A model generated the notes under the pieces. It was not told the origin of the DNA. It saw nothing but the letters and a program-made list of their open reading frames with translations, and searched no databases. A DNA stretch of 64,000 bases from an uncultured Planctomycetota bacterium (GTDB lineage: Bacteria; Planctomycetota; UBA1135; GCA-002686595), in the NCBI GenBank assembly GCA_903928115.1, contig CAIYPP010000074.1:1-64000 (forward strand). Reading direction: 5' to 3'. Both the position numbers and the translations under genes were made by a program. Below, in pieces: positions 47,104-59,428 of this stretch. The first letter of the stretch is position 1. Each line of letters begins with the position of its first letter.

Positions 47104-50100
47104 CGCCTGCGCGGCGACGCTCCTCGCGCTCGCGGCGTGTGCCGGTGCGCCCGAGGGCGTACCTGGGGGCGTGCCTGGGGGCGTACAAGCGCCCGAGTGC
47201 CCGAGTAAGCCTGAGCCTGTCCTTCGCTTTGAACGGCGACAGCTGTCGGCGGAGTTCACCTGCGAGGGAGCATCGTTCGGCGATCTCAACAGGGACGGCC
47301 ACGTCGACATCGTCGCGGGTCCGAGCTGGTACGCGGGCCCCGAGTTTCGGGCGCGCAACGTGCTGTACAAAGGCCGGGCCTTCGATCCGAAGGGCTACTC
47401 GGACAACTTCTTCTCTTGGACCGACGATCTCGACGGCGACAGTTGGCTCGACGTCGTGGTGGTCGGCTTTCCGGGCAAGGAGTCCTACTGGCTGCGCAAC
47501 CCGCTCGGCCAGCTCGTCGATTGCGAGACGCCGTGGGAGCGCTTCCCCATCGCGCCTTCCGTCGAGAACGAGTCGCCGCACTTCATCGACCTCGTCGGCG
47601 ATGCTCGGCGCGAGCTCGTCTTCATGACCGGCGGCCGCTTCGCATGGGCGGAGCGCGTGGACGACGATCCGCGAGCGGCATGGCGCGTTCACACCTTTTC
47701 TCGCGACTACAAGCTTGGTCCGTACGTGCACGGGCTTGGCGTTGGAGATCTCAACGGCGATGGGCGCAAGGATGTGCTCTGGCGCAACGGCTGGTTCGAG
47801 CAGCCGGAGTCGATCGAGGGTGACCCGCAGTGGCAGCACCACGACTTCGCGTTCTCGCAGAAGCATGGCGGCGCGCAGATGCTCGTCGAGGATGTCGACG
47901 GCGACGGCGACAACGATGTGATCACGAGCCTCGCGGCACACGAATACGGGCTCTCTTGGTTCGAGCAGGTACGCGATGGTGAGGCACTCACGTTCCGCGA
48001 GCATCGGATCATGGATGACGAGCTCGCAGACAACGCGCAGGGCGCATGCTGTTCCGAGCTTCATGCGCTCGATCTCGTCGACATCGACGGCGATGGGCTG
48101 CGCGACATCGTGACGGGCAAGCGTTGGTGGTCGCACGGACACGAAGGGGATCCGCAGCCCAACATTCGTCCGTGCACCTATTGGCTCCAGTGCGTTCGGC
48201 GGGAGGGCCGCACGGAGTTCGTGACCCACCTCGCGGACGATCAAAGCGGAGTGGGTACGCAGGTGCTCTCCGGAGACGTCACCGGCGATGGCGCGCCCGA
48301 CATCGTGGTGGGGAACAAGCGCGGCGTGTTCGTGCTAGAGCAAGTGCGGGCGACGCACGGTGAGCAGCGAGCGGCGCTTGTGCCTACGTTCGACTTCGAG
48401 GATGGGGACTTGCGCGGTTGGACCGCCGACGGCGATGCCTTTGCGCTGCAGCCCGTGCGCGGTGACACCGTCGCGGCTCGCGGACGTGAGGCGAGCTTGC
48501 ACGAAGGCGAATACTGGATCGGCGGCTATGAGCGCTTGCAGGACGACTCGACGGGGACGCTGACGTCGGAGCCCTTCGAGATCGTGGAGAGCTGGGCCAG
48601 CTTCCTCGTCGGTGGCGGTGCAAGCCCGGCGACGCGCGTGGAAGTTCTGCTCGCGGCCGAGGGGGACGTCGTGTTCAAGACCTCGGGAGCGGACTTCGAG
48701 TCCATGCAGCGCGTCGTGGTCGATCTGTCGCGCTGGCGCGGGCGAGAGCTGAGGATCCGCCTCGTCGACGAAGAGAAGGGTGGCTGGGGACACCTCAACT
48801 TCGACGACTTCCGCTTCCACGCGGAGAAGCCGAGCTTTGAGGCCCTGAAGGGCGTGCCTCCGATTCGACCTTGGGATCCGGTCCCCAACGCGGGGCTCAC
48901 CGCGCAGGAAGCGGCGGCGGCGATGACGGTGCCCGAGGGCTTTCACGTCGACGTGATCGCCGCGGAGCCGGATGTGCACCAGCCGATCGCGCTCGCGATC
49001 GACGACAACGGGCGCCTCTGGATCGCGGAGGCGCACACGTATCCGGTGCGTGCGCCGGAGGGAGAGGGCAAGGACAACATCCTCGTGTTCGAGGACGCCG
49101 ACCACGACGGTTCGTTCGAGAAGCGCACGGTGTTCGCGAGCGGGCTCAACCTCGTCAGCGGACTCGAGATCGGCTTCGGCGGTGTGTGGGTCGGTGCAGC
49201 GCCGTACCTGCTCTTCATTCCCGATGCGAACGGCGACCTCGTGCCCGATGGCGAGCCGAAGGTGCTGCTCGATGGTTGGGGCTACGAGGACACGCACGAG
49301 ACGCTCAACGCGTTCACGTGGGGGCCCGATGGTTGGCTCTACGGTTGCCACGGCGTGTTCACGAACTCGCTCGTCGGCAAGCCGGGGACGCCGAAGGCCG
49401 AGCGCACGCCGCTCAACGCGGGCGTGTGGCGTTACCACCCCGTGCGGCACGAGTTCGAGGTCTTCGCGCACGGCACGTCGAACCCGTGGGGCATCGACTT
49501 TGACGAGAACGGCGAGGCGTTTGTCACGGCCTGCGTGATCCCGCACCTGTTCCACATCGTGCAGGGCGGCCGCTATGAGCGGCAGGCGGGCTCGCACTTC
49601 GAGAAGTACACCTTCGACGACATCAAGACGATCGCCGACCACCGCCATTACGTCGGCGACACGCCACACGGTGGCAACAACCGCTCGGCCGAGGCCGGTG
49701 GCGGGCATGCGCACTGCGGGTTGCTCATCTACAAGGGTCAGCAGTTTCCGCTGGAGTACCGCGACGGGCTCTTCTTCGAGAACATTCACGGCAATCGCAT
49801 CAACCACGACGTTGTCGAGCCGAAGGGCTCCGGCTTCGTTGGCAAGCACGCGCCGGATCTTCTGCTCGCCAACGACCGCTGGTTCCGCGGCATCAGCTTC
49901 AAGGAAGGCCCCGACGGCTCGGTGTATTTCATCGACTGGTACGACAAGCAGGCCTGCCACTGGACCGATCCCGGCATCTGGGACCGCACGAATGGGCGGA
50001 TTTATCGCTTGAGATATGGCGATTGGAAGCCGCTTCGTGACGCAGACAACCTGGCGAAGTTGAATCCCGACGCTTACGTCGGCACGGGGCTAGCGTGGAA

Positions 50101-52294
50101 CGCGAGCCGACTGATTCGACAAGCTCGAGAGCACAAGTCGACACTGGGAGGCCAGGGATTCTCGTGGTTCCTCGACGTTTCGTTCGAAGGCGACCTTCAT
50201 GGAGAGCGAGAGACCGTTCGTGAGCTTTGGGCGATGGATGCCGCGTACGGCGGCACGAAGGACGAGACGTGCATTCGCCTTCTGGAATCCAAGCACGAAC
50301 GAGTCCGTGCGTGGTCCGTGCAACTCGCGCTCGAAGACAAGCAGGCGAGCGTCGAACTTCAGCGCGCGATGGAAGTCGCTGCAGAGAGAGATCCTTCGCC
50401 GATCGTGCGGCGCTATCTCGCCTCGGGCCTGCAGCGCCTGCCGCTGGAGCAACGCTGGGAAATCGCGAAGAACCTCGCGGCGCATGCGGAGGACAACGAC
50501 GATCCGAACATTCCGTTTCTCGTGTGGTACGGCGTCGAGCCGCTGGTCGCGGCGGATCCGGCGCGGGCGCTCGTGACGTTGACGCGAGCCAAGCTCGATC
50601 GCGTTCGACGCTTCACCGTCCGTCGCGCGGCCGCAGATCCCGCGCTGCACGAGGCGCTGGTGCGTCACCTGTCGGATCCTGCGATCGAAGACTCACTCGG
50701 CTGGAGGCTCGAAGAGACCGCGAAGGCGCTGGCGGACCAGCGCGACCTGCGCGCGCCGCCGGGGTGGCCCGCTCTGCGGGCGAAGCTCGAGCTCTCGCGC
50801 GACGTGCGCTATGCACAAATGGCGCGCGAGATCTCGAAGGCCTTCGGCGACATCGGGTCTTTGGCGGAGCTTCGCTCGAAGGCGGTCGACAAGAGCGCGC
50901 GTGCAACGGAGCGCAGCGAGGCGGTTCGAGTCTTGGCCGAGGCTCGAGATTCCGAGTTGCGTCCGCTCTTGCCGGCGCTGCTCGTCGACACCGCGACTCG
51001 TACGGCTGCGATCCGCGCGTTGGCGAGCTACGACGACGCTGTCGCGGCTCAGGTCGCGCTCGCGATGCATCCCGGTCTCTCCGGCGAGGATCGGCGCGAG
51101 CTCGTCGAAACGCTGACGTCACGCAAGTCGTACGCCTCGATCCTGCTCGACGCTCTCGAAGCCAAGCGCATCGAGCGAGCCGACATTTCCGCGCTTGCCG
51201 CGCGGAAGATCGAGGCGCTTGGCGACGAGTTGCTCGCAGCCCGGCTCGCAGCGCTGTGGGGTGCCGTCAAGGCGTCGTCCGAGGAGAAGCAGCAGCGAAT
51301 CGCAGAGTATCGAGCGAAGCTCGCACCTGAGCTGCTCGCCCAAGCGGACCGCGCGCGCGGGCGCGAAGTGTTCTCGCGAACGTGCCAGCAGTGCCACGTG
51401 TTGTTCGGGACCGGTGGAGACATCGGGCCAGAGCTCACCGGTGCGAATCGCGCGGATCTGGAGTACCTCCTCTCGAACGTGCTCGACCCGAGCGCGGTGG
51501 TCGGCAAGGACTACCAGAGCACCCTCGTGTGGACGCACGACGGTCGACTCGTCAGCGGCATTCTGGCGGAGGAGACGGCGACGTCGATCGTCTTGAAGAA
51601 CGAGCGCGAGCGTGTGGTGATTGCGCGCTCGGAGATCGAGTCCCAGCGGTTGAGCGAGCTCTCGACGATGCCCGAAGGACTGCTGGACCTGCTGAAGCCC
51701 GAGGAAGTCGTCGCGCTCTTTGCGTACTTGCAGGGAGCGACGCAGGCGAACCTCCTCGCGACTCCCCGCAACGTTGCGTCGCTCTTCGATGGCGAGACGC
51801 TGCGGTACTGGCGCTTTGCTGGGAACGTGTGGAGCGTCGAGAACGGAGAGCTCGTCGGGCGCGGGGCCCTCGAGCGGAACTCGTTCCTCGCGAGCGAGCT
51901 CGAGCTGCGCAACTTCCGGCTCAAGTTCGAGGTCAAGCTCGAAGGGGATGTCGGCAACTCCGGCGTGCAGTTCCGATCGAGCGCGCACGACGACGGCGAG
52001 GTTTCGGGCTATCAGGCGGACATCGGTCCGGGCTGGTGGGGCAAGCTCTACGAAGAGCATGGCCGCGGCTTGATGTGGGATCGACCCGGCGAGCAGCACG
52101 TTCGCAAGGGCGAGTGGAACACCTACCAGATCGAAGCCATCGGGTCGAAGATCGTGACGCGCATCAACGATCAGGTGTGCGTCGAGCTCGACGATCCGAT
52201 GGGCGCGCGCGCCGGCGTGATCGCGCTGCAGCTGCACTCCGGTCCGCAGACCGAGATCCGCTTCCGCAAGTTCCAGCTGACGGTCCTGCCCTAG
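47093..52294 (+). CDS. Giant multidomain lipoprotein: FG-GAP/VCBS repeats, membrane-bound-dehydrogenase-like beta-propeller, HEAT repeats, cytochrome c CxxCH, and C-terminal DUF1080 (PVC-type heme-binding protein architecture)
   Basis: Lipobox LAAC. DxDGDG repeats (DLNRDGHVD, DLDGDSWLD, DLNGDGRKD, DVDGDGDND, DIDGDGLRD, DVTGDGAPD). In the middle, IAIDDNGRLWIAE and WGIDFDENGEAF. Single heme site CQQCH. The C-terminal 200 aa have the DUF1080 / laminin-G-like signature (WSVENGELVGRG ... IRFRKFQL). Confidence 0.8.
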   Translation: MRRSACAATLLALAACAGAPEGVPGGVPGGVQAPECPSKPEPVLRFERRQLSAEFTCEGASFGDLNRDGHVDIVAGPSWYAGPEFRARNVLYKGRAFDPKGYSDNFFSWTDDLDGDSWLDVVVVGFPGKESYWLRNPLGQLVDCETPWERFPIAPSVENESPHFIDLVGDARRELVFMTGGRFAWAERVDDDPRAAWRVHTFSRDYKLGPYVHGLGVGDLNGDGRKDVLWRNGWFEQPESIEGDPQWQHHDFAFSQKHGGAQMLVEDVDGDGDNDVITSLAAHEYGLSWFEQVRDGEALTFREHRIMDDELADNAQGACCSELHALDLVDIDGDGLRDIVTGKRWWSHGHEGDPQPNIRPCTYWLQCVRREGRTEFVTHLADDQSGVGTQVLSGDVTGDGAPDIVVGNKRGVFVLEQVRATHGEQRAALVPTFDFEDGDLRGWTADGDAFALQPVRGDTVAARGREASLHEGEYWIGGYERLQDDSTGTLTSEPFEIVESWASFLVGGGASPATRVEVLLAAEGDVVFKTSGADFESMQRVVVDLSRWRGRELRIRLVDEEKGGWGHLNFDDFRFHAEKPSFEALKGVPPIRPWDPVPNAGLTAQEAAAAMTVPEGFHVDVIAAEPDVHQPIALAIDDNGRLWIAEAHTYPVRAPEGEGKDNILVFEDADHDGSFEKRTVFASGLNLVSGLEIGFGGVWVGAAPYLLFIPDANGDLVPDGEPKVLLDGWGYEDTHETLNAFTWGPDGWLYGCHGVFTNSLVGKPGTPKAERTPLNAGVWRYHPVRHEFEVFAHGTSNPWGIDFDENGEAFVTACVIPHLFHIVQGGRYERQAGSHFEKYTFDDIKTIADHRHYVGDTPHGGNNRSAEAGGGHAHCGLLIYKGQQFPLEYRDGLFFENIHGNRINHDVVEPKGSGFVGKHAPDLLLANDRWFRGISFKEGPDGSVYFIDWYDKQACHWTDPGIWDRTNGRIYRLRYGDWKPLRDADNLAKLNPDAYVGTGLAWNASRLIRQAREHKSTLGGQGFSWFLDVSFEGDLHGERETVRELWAMDAAYGGTKDETCIRLLESKHERVRAWSVQLALEDKQASVELQRAMEVAAERDPSPIVRRYLASGLQRLPLEQRWEIAKNLAAHAEDNDDPNIPFLVWYGVEPLVAADPARALVTLTRAKLDRVRRFTVRRAAADPALHEALVRHLSDPAIEDSLGWRLEETAKALADQRDLRAPPGWPALRAKLELSRDVRYAQMAREISKAFGDIGSLAELRSKAVDKSARATERSEAVRVLAEARDSELRPLLPALLVDTATRTAAIRALASYDDAVAAQVALAMHPGLSGEDRRELVETLTSRKSYASILLDALEAKRIERADISALAARKIEALGDELLAARLAALWGAVKASSEEKQQRIAEYRAKLAPELLAQADRARGREVFSRTCQQCHVLFGTGGDIGPELTGANRADLEYLLSNVLDPSAVVGKDYQSTLVWTHDGRLVSGILAEETATSIVLKNERERVVIARSEIESQRLSELSTMPEGLLDLLKPEEVVALFAYLQGATQANLLATPRNVASLFDGETLRYWRFAGNVWSVENGELVGRGALERNSFLASELELRNFRLKFEVKLEGDVGNSGVQFRSSAHDDGEVSGYQADIGPGWWGKLYEEHGRGLMWDRPGEQHVRKGEWNTYQIEAIGSKIVTRINDQVCVELDDPMGARAGVIALQLHSGPQTEIRFRKFQLTVLP

Positions 52295-52370
52295 CGAGCT
52301 CTCGCGCAGATTTGCGAGTTTTCGCGCGACCCAGACCAGCGCCGAGCGACGGGCGGTCGGAGGTCGTGAG

Positions 52371-53903
52371 ATGTGGAGCTTGTTGTGCGGTGCATGGCTC
52401 GTCGCGATGGCGAGCGAGGGTGTCGGCGTTCGTGGGGGAGATCGAGAAGCGCGAGCGGCGTACGAGGCCCTTGTCGCGCAGGTGCGAGATCGGGAGCCGG
52501 ACAAGCGGCGCACGGCGGTCCGTGCGCTGGCCGAGTGGGGCAGCGCGGAGGCGTGGCGGGAGGTCTTCTGCGCGCTCGGAGACGGTGAATCCAAGGTCGG
52601 AGACGCAGCGCAGGAGTCGCTCGGGCGCATCGTCGATCCGCGTGTGGCGGTCGAGCTCCTAGGGAACGCCGGGCTTGGTTCGAAGGACGACCGCGTCGCG
52701 AGGCGGGTCGCGGAGGGGATGGGGCGAGTTCAGGTTCCGCTCGACGCCGAGCGCATCGCGCGGGAACTCTCGTCGCGGGACGCAGAACGAACACGATTGC
52801 TTCTAGGCTCCGTAGAGCGACTCGCTCGCGCACAGCGGCTCAACGGCCGTGTGGAGCGCTTGGTGGATGCCGTTGAGCGCTTGGAGCGCTCGGGCAGCGA
52901 TCCGCTGGTGTCCGCGACCGCGCTCTGCACGCTTGCCGAGATTGCGCCAGAGCTTGCACACCGAAGAGCGAATGAGGCGCTGCGAGACTCGGCGCCTGCG
53001 CGCCGCTGCGCTGCGGGCTTCGTGCTGGCGCGTCTCAAGTCGCCGGATGCGATGTCGGGTGCCCTGTTGCTCGCGCGCGACCGTGAGCCTGGAGTTCGTC
53101 TGCGCGGTGTGGAGTGCCTCGATGCCATCGGCACGCGCGCGTCGATGCTCGCGATCGTCGCACGCTTGGCCGACGAGCCGCGCATGCGGCTGCGCTGGCG
53201 CTCGGTGGAACTCTTGCAGCGTACGTCAGGCTTGAAGCACCGACTCGATCCGCGTCCGTGGCAGCTTTGGGTCGACGGGCTTCCCGAAGGTGGCGTGGTT
53301 CGGCGGGGACTTGCGACGGACGCGTCGGGACGCGGCGCCGACGGGCAGGTGACGCGTGCGAGCGGATTCGCTGGGCTCTCACTGCAGAGCGATCGCGTGA
53401 CGTTCCTCTTCGACTTCTCTGGCTCGATGTGGATGCCGATGGAGGATGGCCGTGTTCCCAAGGACATCGTGACGGACAAGCTGCGGCTCGCCTTGGAGGC
53501 GCTGCCCGAGACGACGGCGTTCAATCTGATTCCGTACACGAACGTTCCGATTCCGTGGTCGCCCTCGCTGCGCCCCGCGCGGCGCAAGGACATCGCCGAA
53601 GCGCTCGAGTGGTTCGCGCGTTGTCGCGAGAAGGGCCGTGGCAACTTCTACGACGCCGCGCGGCTCGCGTGGATGGATCCTGACGTCGACACGCTCGTCG
53701 TGCTCACCGATGGAGTGCCCACGGGCGGCGTCCACAGCGACATGGACCTGATCGTCTCGCTGCTCGGCGATCTCGCTCGCATTCGGCCCGTCCTCGTCGA
53801 CTCGATCCTCGTGGACTCTCCGCCGGGTGCGGCGAGGCGCTGGCGCGAGCTCTCGGCGCGCACGGGCGGTCGCTCGATCGAAGTGGATCTCGCGCAGCCG
53901 TGA
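52371..53903 (+). CDS. HEAT-repeat plus von Willebrand factor type A domain protein
   Basis: GGAGG SD. N-terminal HEAT/PBS-lyase-like repeats. The C-terminal VTFLFDFSGSM is the vWA MIDAS DxSxS motif. Confidence 0.75.
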   Translation: MWSLLCGAWLVAMASEGVGVRGGDREARAAYEALVAQVRDREPDKRRTAVRALAEWGSAEAWREVFCALGDGESKVGDAAQESLGRIVDPRVAVELLGNAGLGSKDDRVARRVAEGMGRVQVPLDAERIARELSSRDAERTRLLLGSVERLARAQRLNGRVERLVDAVERLERSGSDPLVSATALCTLAEIAPELAHRRANEALRDSAPARRCAAGFVLARLKSPDAMSGALLLARDREPGVRLRGVECLDAIGTRASMLAIVARLADEPRMRLRWRSVELLQRTSGLKHRLDPRPWQLWVDGLPEGGVVRRGLATDASGRGADGQVTRASGFAGLSLQSDRVTFLFDFSGSMWMPMEDGRVPKDIVTDKLRLALEALPETTAFNLIPYTNVPIPWSPSLRPARRKDIAEALEWFARCREKGRGNFYDAARLAWMDPDVDTLVVLTDGVPTGGVHSDMDLIVSLLGDLARIRPVLVDSILVDSPPGAARRWRELSARTGGRSIEVDLAQP

Positions 53904-53921
53904 GCACGCGACATCAACAGC

Positions 53922-53958
53922 GCGGCCCGCGCTGGCCGCAGGGGCTCGCGCGGGCCGC
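53922..53958. terminator. Bidirectional hairpin between convergent genes (vWA protein and lpdA)
   Basis: 11-bp perfect arms GCGGCCCGCGC / GCGCGGGCCGC with a 15-nt loop. No U-tract follows. Confidence 0.4.
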
Positions 53959-53986
53959 GGAGAGCGCGCCTTGGTTTCACGCGCCG

Positions 53987-55384
<1,398 letters not shown>

Positions 55385-55387
55385 GGC

Positions 55388-56596
55388 TCAGACCTCGAGC
55401 AGGAGGCGCGTCGGGTTCTCGACGAGCTCCTTGATGCGCTTCAGGAACGTCACGGCCTCGCGACCGTCGACGATGCGGTGATCGTAGGAGAGCGCGACGT
55501 ACATCATCGGCCGGATCACGACCTGACCGTTGATGGCGACCGGTCGCTCTTGGATCGCGTGCAGGCCGAGGATGCCCGACTGCGGGGGATTCAAGATCGG
55601 CGTCGAGAGCAGCGAGCCGTAGATGCCGCCGTTGGAAATCGTGAAGGTGCCGCCGGTGAGCTCTTCGATCGTGAGCTTGTTCTCTTGGGCCTTCTTGCCG
55701 AGCTCGCCGATGGCGCGCTCGATGTCGGCGAAGCCCATCGTCTCGGCGTTGCGCAGGATCGGGACCACGAGGCCCTTGCCGCCGCCGACGGCGATGCCGA
55801 TGTCGTAGAAGTGGCGGTACACGATGTCCGTGCCGCGCACCTCGGCGTTGACCTGCGGGATCTCCTTCAAGGCCTCGATCGCGGCCTTCACGAAGAAGCT
55901 CATGAAGCCGAGCTTGGTCTTGTGGCGCTCGACGAAGCGCTCTTGATGGGCCTTGCGCAGCGCCATCACCTCGCTCATGTCGATCTCGTTGAACGTGGTG
56001 AGGATCGCGGCGGTGCTCTGCGCGTGCACGAGGCGCTCGGCGATGCGCTTGCGCATCGGCGTCATCGGCACGACCTCCTCTTGGCGCGAGCCCGCAGGGC
56101 GCGCGGGTACGGCCGCGGGGGCCGTAGCTGCGGGCGCCGGAGTCGGCGCCTTGGTCGTATGACGCTGGACGTCTTCCTTGAGCAGTCGGCCGCCGGGGCC
56201 GCTCGCCGCGACTTCCGTCGCCGAGAGGCCGCGCTGGGCGAGCTCGCGGGCGGCAGCCGGCATCACGACCTTCTCACCCTTCGACGGGACGGGAGCGGGG
56301 GCCGTCGCAGCGGCGGCCGGGGCCGTGCCGCCCTTCACCGGCGGCGGCGCGGGCTGCGCGCCGACCTCGAAGTAGCCGATCACCTCGCCGACCAGAGCCT
56401 TGTCGCCCTTGCGCTTGAGCGTCTTCACCACGGCGCCGGCACCGGGCGCGGGGAGCTCGACCGTGACCTTGTCGGTCTCGATGACCACGAGGCCTTCGTC
56501 GGCGCGCGCGAGCTCGCCCGGCTTCTTCAGCCAGTCGCCGAGCTGCACTTCAGTGATCGACTCGCCGACGGAGGGAACCTTGAGTTCGACGGGCAT
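55388..56596 (-). CDS. sucB: Dihydrolipoamide succinyltransferase, E2 component of 2-oxoglutarate dehydrogenase
   Basis: N-terminal lipoyl domain ([11 protein letters not shown]), Ala/Pro linker, and catalytic domain ending [14 protein letters not shown]. Confidence 0.9.
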   Translation of the reverse strand: MPVELKVPSVGESITEVQLGDWLKKPGELARADEGLVVIETDKVTVELPAPGAGAVVKTLKRKGDKALVGEVIGYFEVGAQPAPPPVKGGTAPAAAATAPAPVPSKGEKVVMPAAARELAQRGLSATEVAASGPGGRLLKEDVQRHTTKAPTPAPAATAPAAVPARPAGSRQEEVVPMTPMRKRIAERLVHAQSTAAILTTFNEIDMSEVMALRKAHQERFVERHKTKLGFMSFFVKAAIEALKEIPQVNAEVRGTDIVYRHFYDIGIAVGGGKGLVVPILRNAETMGFADIERAIGELGKKAQENKLTIEELTGGTFTISNGGIYGSLLSTPILNPPQSGILGLHAIQERPVAINGQVVIRPMMYVALSYDHRIVDGREAVTFLKRIKELVENPTRLLLEV

Positions 56597-56644
56597 GGAG
56601 GAGCGGTCCTTGCTGCGGAAGGTGGGCGTGCGAAGGTGTTGGGA

Positions 56645-59428
56645 TCAGGCTTGGGCGAAGGCGCGCTCGAGCAGCGCGGCCTGTTCGATCTTGTGGCTCG
56701 CGGGCGAGCCCGTGGCCGGGGAAGCGGCCGCGCGGCGTGCGAGGCCGCGGAAGCCGCGGCCGCAGAGGTGCTCGCCGAAGCGGCTGCGCAGGTAGCGCCA
56801 CGCACCGGCGTTCTCCGGCTCTTCCTGCGCCCAGACGACCTCGGCCGACGGGTTGTAGGGAGCGAGGGCCGCCGCGAGTTCCTCTTCCGTGAGCGGATAG
56901 AGCTGCTCGACGCGCAGGATCGCGACGTCGAGGGCGCCGCGCTTCTCGCGCTCGTCCTCGAGCTCGTAGGCGAGCTTTCCGCTGCACAGCACGATGCGCC
57001 GCACTTGCGAGGCGTCGAGCGCGCGCGCGTCGGCGAGGATCCGCTGGAAGCGACCCGTCGTGAACTGCTCGAGCGGCGAGACGCACTTGGGGTGACGCAG
57101 CAGGCTCTTCGGCGTCATCACCACGAGCGGCTTGCGCCACGGACGCACGACCTGACGGCGCAGGCAGTGGAAGAGCTGCGCGGGCGTCGTCGGGTTGACG
57201 ACCTGAATGTTGTCCTCGGCCGCGAGGTCGAGGAAGCGCTCGAGGCGCGCGCTGGAGTGCTCGGGGCCTTGACCCTCAAAGCCGTGGGGCAAGAGCATCA
57301 CGAGGCCGGACAGGCGGTTCCACTTGTCCTCGGCGCTCACGATGAACTGGTCGATGATCGGCTGGGCGACGTTGGCGAAGTCGCCGAACTGCGCCTCCCA
57401 CGCGACGAGGCCATCGGGGAAGTCGAGGCTGTACCCGTACTCGAAGCCGAGCACACCCGACTCCGAGAGCGGCGAGTTGCGGATGTACACCGGCGCCGCG
57501 CTCGCGCCGAGGCTCGCGAAGATCTCGTGCTGGCGGCCGTGGTCGTAGTCGTGCAGTACCGCGTGGCGGTGGCTGAAAGTGCCGCGCTCGGCGTCTTGGC
57601 CTGTGAGGCGCACGCGGTGACCGGCAGCGGCGAGCGAGGCGATCCCGAGCGCTTCACCCGCGGCCCAGTCGAGCGCCTTGTCGCCGCGAGCCATCTCACG
57701 CCGCGCTTCGAGCGTGCGCTCGAGCTTCGGGTGGACGCGGAAACCCTCGGGCACGGTCGCGAGCGCTTCGAGCAGCTCGGCTGCATGCGCCCGTTCGATC
57801 CCCGTGTCGATCTGCTGCACAGCGGATTCAGGTCCGCCGACGTAGTCCTTCCAACGCGAGCCTTGGCCGTCCTTGGTCGCGACGAAGCCGTCGGAGCGCG
57901 CGCGGGAGAGGTCCTCTTCGAGCTTCGCGCGCCGCTCGCGCGCGATGGCCTCGGCCTCGTCGCGCGTCACTTCGCCGAGGCGCAGCAGGTGATCGAGGTA
58001 GCCTTCGGCGACCGGCTTGCGCTGCGCGATCGCCTGATAGAGCAGCGGGTCCGTGAAGCTCGGCTCGTCGCCCTCGTTGTGGCCGCGGCGGCGGTAGCCG
58101 TACATGTCGATCACGACGTCGCGCTTGAAGCGCGCGCGGAAGTCGAGCGCGAGCTGGACGACCTGCGCCACGGCCTCGGGATCCTCCCCGTTCACGTGGA
58201 AGATCGGGATCTGCAGCATCTTCGCGACGTCGGTGCAGTAGGTCGACGAGCGCGAGTCCTGCGGGCCGGTCGTGAAGCCGATCTGGTTGTTCACGACTAC
58301 GTGGATCGTGCCGCCGGTGCGGTAGGCGCCGAGCTCGGAGAGGTTGAGCGTCTCCTGCACGATGCCCTCGCCCGCGAAGGCGGCGTCGCCGTGGATCAAG
58401 AGCGCGAGGCTGCGGTCACCGTCGCGGTCCCCGGTGCGATCCTGCTCGGCACGCACGCGGCCCATCGCGACCGGGTTCACGAACTCGAGGTGGCTCGGGT
58501 TGAAGCACAAGGAGAGCTGGATCGCGTGCCCGCTCGGCGTCGGGTAGCTCGACGTGAAGCCCTTGTGGTACTTGACGTCGCCGCGGCCCATGTAGAGCTG
58601 CGGGTCGGCGTCGGCGAACTCGCGGAAGATGTCGGCCGCGGGCTTGCCCATGATGTTGGCGAGCACGTTGAGGCGGCCGCGGTGGGCCATGCCAATCACG
58701 ACCTCGTCGATGCCCTGCGCGCCGCAGTGCTCGAGCGCGAGGTCGAGCAGCGGGATCAGGCTCTCGCAGCCTTCGAGCGAGAAGCTCTTGGCGCCGAGGA
58801 ACTTCTTCTGCACGAACTCCTCGAACAAGACCGCATCCAAGAGCTTCGCGAGGATGCGCACTTGGCGCTCGCGCGAGACCTCGAGGCGGTTCTCGCTGCC
58901 TTCCATGCGCTCCTCGAGCCAGCGCTTCACGCCGAGGTCGTCGATGTGCATGTACTGCGCGCCGATCGAGCGGCAGTACGTGTTGCGCATGCGGTCGAGC
59001 ACCGAGCGCAGGGTCTCGATGCCCTTGCCGTGGAACGTGCGCGCGCTGACCTTGCGGTCGAGGTCGTCGGGGCCGAAGCCGTAGAAGCCGGGCTCGAGCT
59101 CGGGATGCGGCGGACGCGGCAGACCGAGCGGGTCGATGTTCGCGATCAGGTGGCCGCGCACGCGGAAGCCGCGGATCAACTGGTCGGCGCGGTCTTGGAC
59201 ATCCGCGACGCTCGCTTCGGCACGTTCCTTGGGAGTCTCACCCTGCAGGTGCAGGGGCTGCGCCACGGGCGCGATCGGCGTCGCGGCGGGCTCGCTCCAG
59301 CCTGCGCCGCCCTGCGAGTCGAAGTAGGCGCGCCAGTCCGCCGAGACCCCGTTGGGATCGCGGAGGTACTCGCTGTAGAGGCCCTCCACGAAGGCCAGAT
59401 TGAGGCTGCTCTGCAGTTGGGATTCCAT
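56645..59428 (-). CDS. sucA: 2-oxoglutarate dehydrogenase E1 component
   Basis: About 927 aa. GMAHRGRLNVL and the ThDP-binding region match SucA. The start was set at MESQLQSS (59428) rather than the ORF-track 59479. Confidence 0.9.
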   Translation of the reverse strand: MESQLQSSLNLAFVEGLYSEYLRDPNGVSADWRAYFDSQGGAGWSEPAATPIAPVAQPLHLQGETPKERAEASVADVQDRADQLIRGFRVRGHLIANIDPLGLPRPPHPELEPGFYGFGPDDLDRKVSARTFHGKGIETLRSVLDRMRNTYCRSIGAQYMHIDDLGVKRWLEERMEGSENRLEVSRERQVRILAKLLDAVLFEEFVQKKFLGAKSFSLEGCESLIPLLDLALEHCGAQGIDEVVIGMAHRGRLNVLANIMGKPAADIFREFADADPQLYMGRGDVKYHKGFTSSYPTPSGHAIQLSLCFNPSHLEFVNPVAMGRVRAEQDRTGDRDGDRSLALLIHGDAAFAGEGIVQETLNLSELGAYRTGGTIHVVVNNQIGFTTGPQDSRSSTYCTDVAKMLQIPIFHVNGEDPEAVAQVVQLALDFRARFKRDVVIDMYGYRRRGHNEGDEPSFTDPLLYQAIAQRKPVAEGYLDHLLRLGEVTRDEAEAIARERRAKLEEDLSRARSDGFVATKDGQGSRWKDYVGGPESAVQQIDTGIERAHAAELLEALATVPEGFRVHPKLERTLEARREMARGDKALDWAAGEALGIASLAAAGHRVRLTGQDAERGTFSHRHAVLHDYDHGRQHEIFASLGASAAPVYIRNSPLSESGVLGFEYGYSLDFPDGLVAWEAQFGDFANVAQPIIDQFIVSAEDKWNRLSGLVMLLPHGFEGQGPEHSSARLERFLDLAAEDNIQVVNPTTPAQLFHCLRRQVVRPWRKPLVVMTPKSLLRHPKCVSPLEQFTTGRFQRILADARALDASQVRRIVLCSGKLAYELEDEREKRGALDVAILRVEQLYPLTEEELAAALAPYNPSAEVVWAQEEPENAGAWRYLRSRFGEHLCGRGFRGLARRAAASPATGSPASHKIEQAALLERAFAQA

